From positions 1 to 64,000 of the forward strand of contig RSEE01000020.1 of the NCBI GenBank assembly GCA_003971905.1: 64,000 nucleotides of DNA, in the 5' to 3' direction. This DNA is from Moniliella sp. 'wahieum' (taxonomy: Eukaryota). Below, piece by piece: positions 60,501-64,000 of the stretch. A program made the translations under genes and the position numbers. Positions within the stretch are counted from its first letter, which is position 1; each line of letters opens with the position of its first letter. The notes beneath the pieces are model-generated. The model was not told where the DNA came from. It saw only the letters and a list, made by a program, of their open reading frames with translations, and did no database searches.

Positions 60501-60709
60501 AGAAAGAGCTGCTGTCAGATGACGATCCCACTGCCCTAGTAGGCCAACACGCGGTGCACGTGCGGGAGAAGGCAGAGCTGGTGCGAGCTCACCAGGAGGC
60601 TCTTTCCGCTGTGGAGCGTGACCTTGTCAAGGAGAGGGAGGAGAAACAGGCCCTTTTGGCCAAATTGCGGGTCTTGGACCGCTCTGAGGAAGGAGCGACG
60701 GAAGCATAA
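57578..60709 (+). CDS. Hypothetical protein: Pro/Ser/Thr-rich disordered N-half and long Glu/Lys/Gln-rich coiled coil; intron 60361-60427; frameshifted
   Basis: ORFs 57302-59224 and 59681-60709 with heptad-rich sequence (EEVNRLQSELAGAKETIASLTDEKE...). Confidence 0.8.
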
Positions 60710-61446
60710 ACTTGCCCCCCCAGGCTGGTAGTCGTTATTATACTCTTTTTTTTTCCCAAAGCCTGTCCCTCCTGTTCCATCAAACCGCTATACAGCCGCT
60801 TGGGGAGGCGGTCAGCGCACCTTCCGAAGATCTCAATCACCCCTCTTCGTTTGGATAAAACTCTTCGTTTTGGTACGTGGCAGCCGCAGGCAAAGCGTCT
60901 GGGCTTGGTGCTAATACACTGTCTTTTCTTCTCATCAAACAGGTACCTGCAAGAAACCACTTTGATATGAGGTGGGGGAACTAGCGCTTCGTAGCCCATT
61001 ATTGAATCAACGTCCTATTCTGCGGTGAACTAGTAGCTATGCAATAGAAGCGGGGGGGGGAGGAGGATACTATCGGGACCTGTGGTCCCCTACGGTAGAC
61101 GAACGCGCCTTACGAGGCCACGTAACCCTTATCATTTAACACTCTTTTATCCCCTCTTTCACCCCCGAAACCTTCACAATTCACTACCCTGTGTTCAAAC
61201 CCTATCTCTGCCACTACGTGTACGCGTGGTGCATGAGGCTCTCGTCGACCTGGTCAATGTACCCCTACCATATGACCTTGACACTGCTCTACTTCTCCAG
61301 AGAGCCCCCCTTGACGCACCAGGGGTTCCCTGGACACGAAAATGAGATCAGACAAATAGATTGATTGAGTGTAGGATACATGTATACTGATGAAACTGGC
61401 ATTTGGTGCGTTACCGGGTGCACCATAAAGAGATGGCTCATCGTGT

Positions 61447-63059
61447 TCACGCCAGGGCGGTAGCGTTGTTGAAAGCAAGGGCGTTCGGGCTGCCCTGCGT
61501 CAACCAGAGCGTCCTTGGTAGCAAACTTGATCAGGGCCTTCTTCAGGTCCGATGGGTGGAGGACGGAAACAACCGTCTTCTTCGGCGTGGGCGAGAGCGA
61601 CTCGACGAGCCATTCAAGTGCGGCCACAGGCATGGGCGCCGACTGGAGGGCACCGCTGACCTCACGTAGGGCCGAGGCAATGGTGCGCTGCGCCTGTTGC
61701 TCAGCCAACTCGTCAAGCGACGTGACCGGCAGCGGATCCTCGAGCACAACAAAGTCCTCGGTGCCATAGATACTAAGGAGGTAGGCCAGCAGGCCTACCG
61801 TGTGAGGGGTGGCCATGGAGGTACCAGACAGAATCGCAGTCGCATCCTTCCACGTGTTCCAGGTGGACTTGATGTTAAGGCCAGGGGCAAAAATGTCGAC
61901 GCACGACCCCTTGTTTGAGAAGTAGGCACGCTTGTCCGACACATCCGATGCGCCCACCGTCACAGGGAGCGATGCGCCCGCAGGCGAAGTCCAGCATGCA
62001 TCCGAGTTCTCATTGCCCGCCGCGACAGCAAAGTGGAGACCCGACGAAACAGCACCATTGACAGCAGCGTCGAGCGTGGGCGACTTGCCACCGCCAGAGA
62101 CATGTTGGCAACAAAGCCCTTGTGCTTCTTGCGTGTTGCCGGGTCCTTCGACGCAAGCTTGGCACTGATCTCCTGTGCGTCCTTCACAGCCCAGAGAACC
62201 CCCGCCGTCACATCCGACATGGTGCCACTGCCCGAGGAGCGGAGCACCTTGACGGCAACCAAGTCGGCGTTCTTGGCAACACCATACGTCTTGCCACCAA
62301 TGGTACCAGCACAGTGGGTGCCATGTCCGTTGCCGTCCTCATCCGGGTCACCATAGGGAATGGTCTTGCCCCAGCGGGCGCGGCCCTCAAAGTCGGTGTG
62401 GTGAATGTAGACACCCGTGCTGAGGTCGTGTTAGCATGCGCTGCTCAAGCTGCGGGGCAAGGAATAAGAACGTACTCAATGATGTAAGCTGTCACACCGG
62501 CTCCCGCCGCCTCGTCGTAAATGTAGTTGTTGAATGTGCCATAGCCGAGCTGGTCGCGGTGGGAAATGCGAGCCAAGCCCCAGGGGGCATCCTTCTCGGT
62601 GAGATGCTTGTGGTCTTCGACGATGACCTTCTCGGGCATGACCTGGGTCTTGACAATCGAGTCGCGCTCCACGTACTCAACCTCGTCCTGCGCACGAATG
62701 AACGCCAGCACATCGTCGGTGAACTGCCCCGAGTAACCTTGGAGGTGGCCCTCCAAGTCGTACACGTGGCGAATGCCGTGCTGGGCTGAGGAGAGCGTTG
62801 AATCCATAGTAGGCGTTGGCGGCCTCTTGCGCCGAAGCAATCGTGTCCTGGTGCGCCAGGAAAGAGCTGGCAGAGACGCCCTTGAGCTTGACAATGTAGT
62901 TGTCCGGCACCTCGCCCAGGTGGCCTTCAGCGCTCTTCAGTGCGGCAGGCACAACCGACGCGTCTTGGATTGTTGCGCCGGGCACAAAGCGGGGCTTGGG
63001 GGGCGCGCGGTGGCCACAGCGGCCAGGGCAAGGCCGACGGCGGTCGAGAGCAGACGCAT
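61447..63059 (-). CDS. PRB1: Vacuolar subtilisin-like serine protease (proteinase B/cerevisin) with signal peptide and I9 propeptide; intron ~62474-62420
   Basis: MRLLSTAVGLALAAV signal; VPDNYIVKLK...VEYVERD propeptide; APWGLARISHR; DGNGHGTHCAGTIGG; VAVKVLRSSGSGTMSDV; VDIFAPGLNIKSTW; LSGTSMATPH. Confidence 0.95.
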
Positions 63060-64000
63060 GCTGGTGGACGAAGTAGAGAAAGGAGAGGCAGAGAGGGAGG
63101 AGGCAGTGGGTGGGTGGCCTAGGCAGGGATGGGGCCGCTAGGGGGGAAAGCAGGCTGCGATGGACAGGGGGTATTTAAGGGCAGGCGAGCGCTGGCTTAT
63201 CGGCGCGATAATCGATAACGGTCTGTCCTGCCTCTCCTCTATCGATATCGTATCTCCACAGCACGAACGGCAGTGGCGATAGCCGGTGCTGTCGCCACCG
63301 CCTGCCACACAGGCCACGCCATCCCCGCCCTCTGCCCTCTGCCCCGTGGGTGTCCCCAGGCAGGGCGCCAGTGCTGCGGGATAATGACGTCACGTCGCTG
63401 TAACGCGCAGGGTGGGGAGGCCGGGGGGGGCAGTAGTCATAGTATGACTCGATCGATCGATCATCGGCCAGAAGCAGTAGCCTCAGTGGCTAGGGAGGCA
63501 GGGGGCAGTGTGTGATGCTTGGTGGCTGATGCAGGTGCGATGGCGCCAACCCGGCTCCTAGATCCGTCCCACTGGGGGGCACCAACAGCTGCGCGCCAGC
63601 ACTGCTCCAGCCGCCTCCCGCGGGCTCCCGCTGGCTCCTGCTCTGGGATCTGAGACGGTTTCTTAGGCCCTGCGCTCTCCTGCAGCCACCCAAGCCACAG
63701 TTGAGCTGAGGCCGGCTTTTTAGCACCAGGCTCTCTGGTGTGCGCGCGACGAGATAAGATCTGGGATCAATCGATCACGCTAGCTTACTCCTGTGTGCCA
63801 TTTGACTGATATCGATTAGATAACTCCCTGTAGCGTTGACCCTTTCCTCCGATCTCCCATCCTGTCTCTTGGCCACCACCTCCCGCCTCGCCATCTGGCC
63901 GGCACCTCCATCCTCATCTCCTCCTACAACCGCAACTATAGTACACACTCGCGCTGCATTCCTCCGTGCAAGCAGAATCATCGGCAGTCATATAGCACTC

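Noticed and set aside
1..64000. Mating-type locus or secondary-metabolite cluster
   Set aside because: No pheromone, receptor or homeodomain genes and no PKS, NRPS or terpene synthase; the genes are functionally unrelated housekeeping loci

Overview
Eukaryotic, fungal DNA, most likely a basidiomycete yeast (GC-rich, short GTRNGT...YAG introns, intron-containing tRNAs). Nearly every gene carries single-base frameshifts, which points to an unpolished long-read assembly, so CDS limits are approximate. Gene order: Sec14/CRAL-TRIO protein (+), adenylate cyclase (+), F-box protein (-), Kar9-like/GAS2-like protein (-), Na/K-type P-type ATPase (-), Rab-GAP GYP7 (+), URA3 (-), full-size PDR ABC transporter (+), two small putative orphan genes, STM1-like (-), tRNA-Glu(CTC) (-), a CMGC-like pseudokinase (+), FHA-forkhead FHL1-like (-), amino acid permease (-), tRNA-Ile(AAT) (+), a coiled-coil protein (+) and vacuolar subtilisin PRB1 (-). 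Most unusual signal: regions upstream of most genes carry short tandem arrays of 7-bp units made of a 6-bp A....T palindrome plus one spacer base. The geometry is constant while the core differs (AAGCTT, ACATGT, AGGCCT, ACTAGT, AACGTT, ATCGAT, ATTAAT, ATGCAT). Also notable: a ~4 kb segment (transporter 3' fragment plus pseudokinase) bracketed by a duplicated FHL1 3' end next to a tRNA, and a family of short solo-LTR-like elements.
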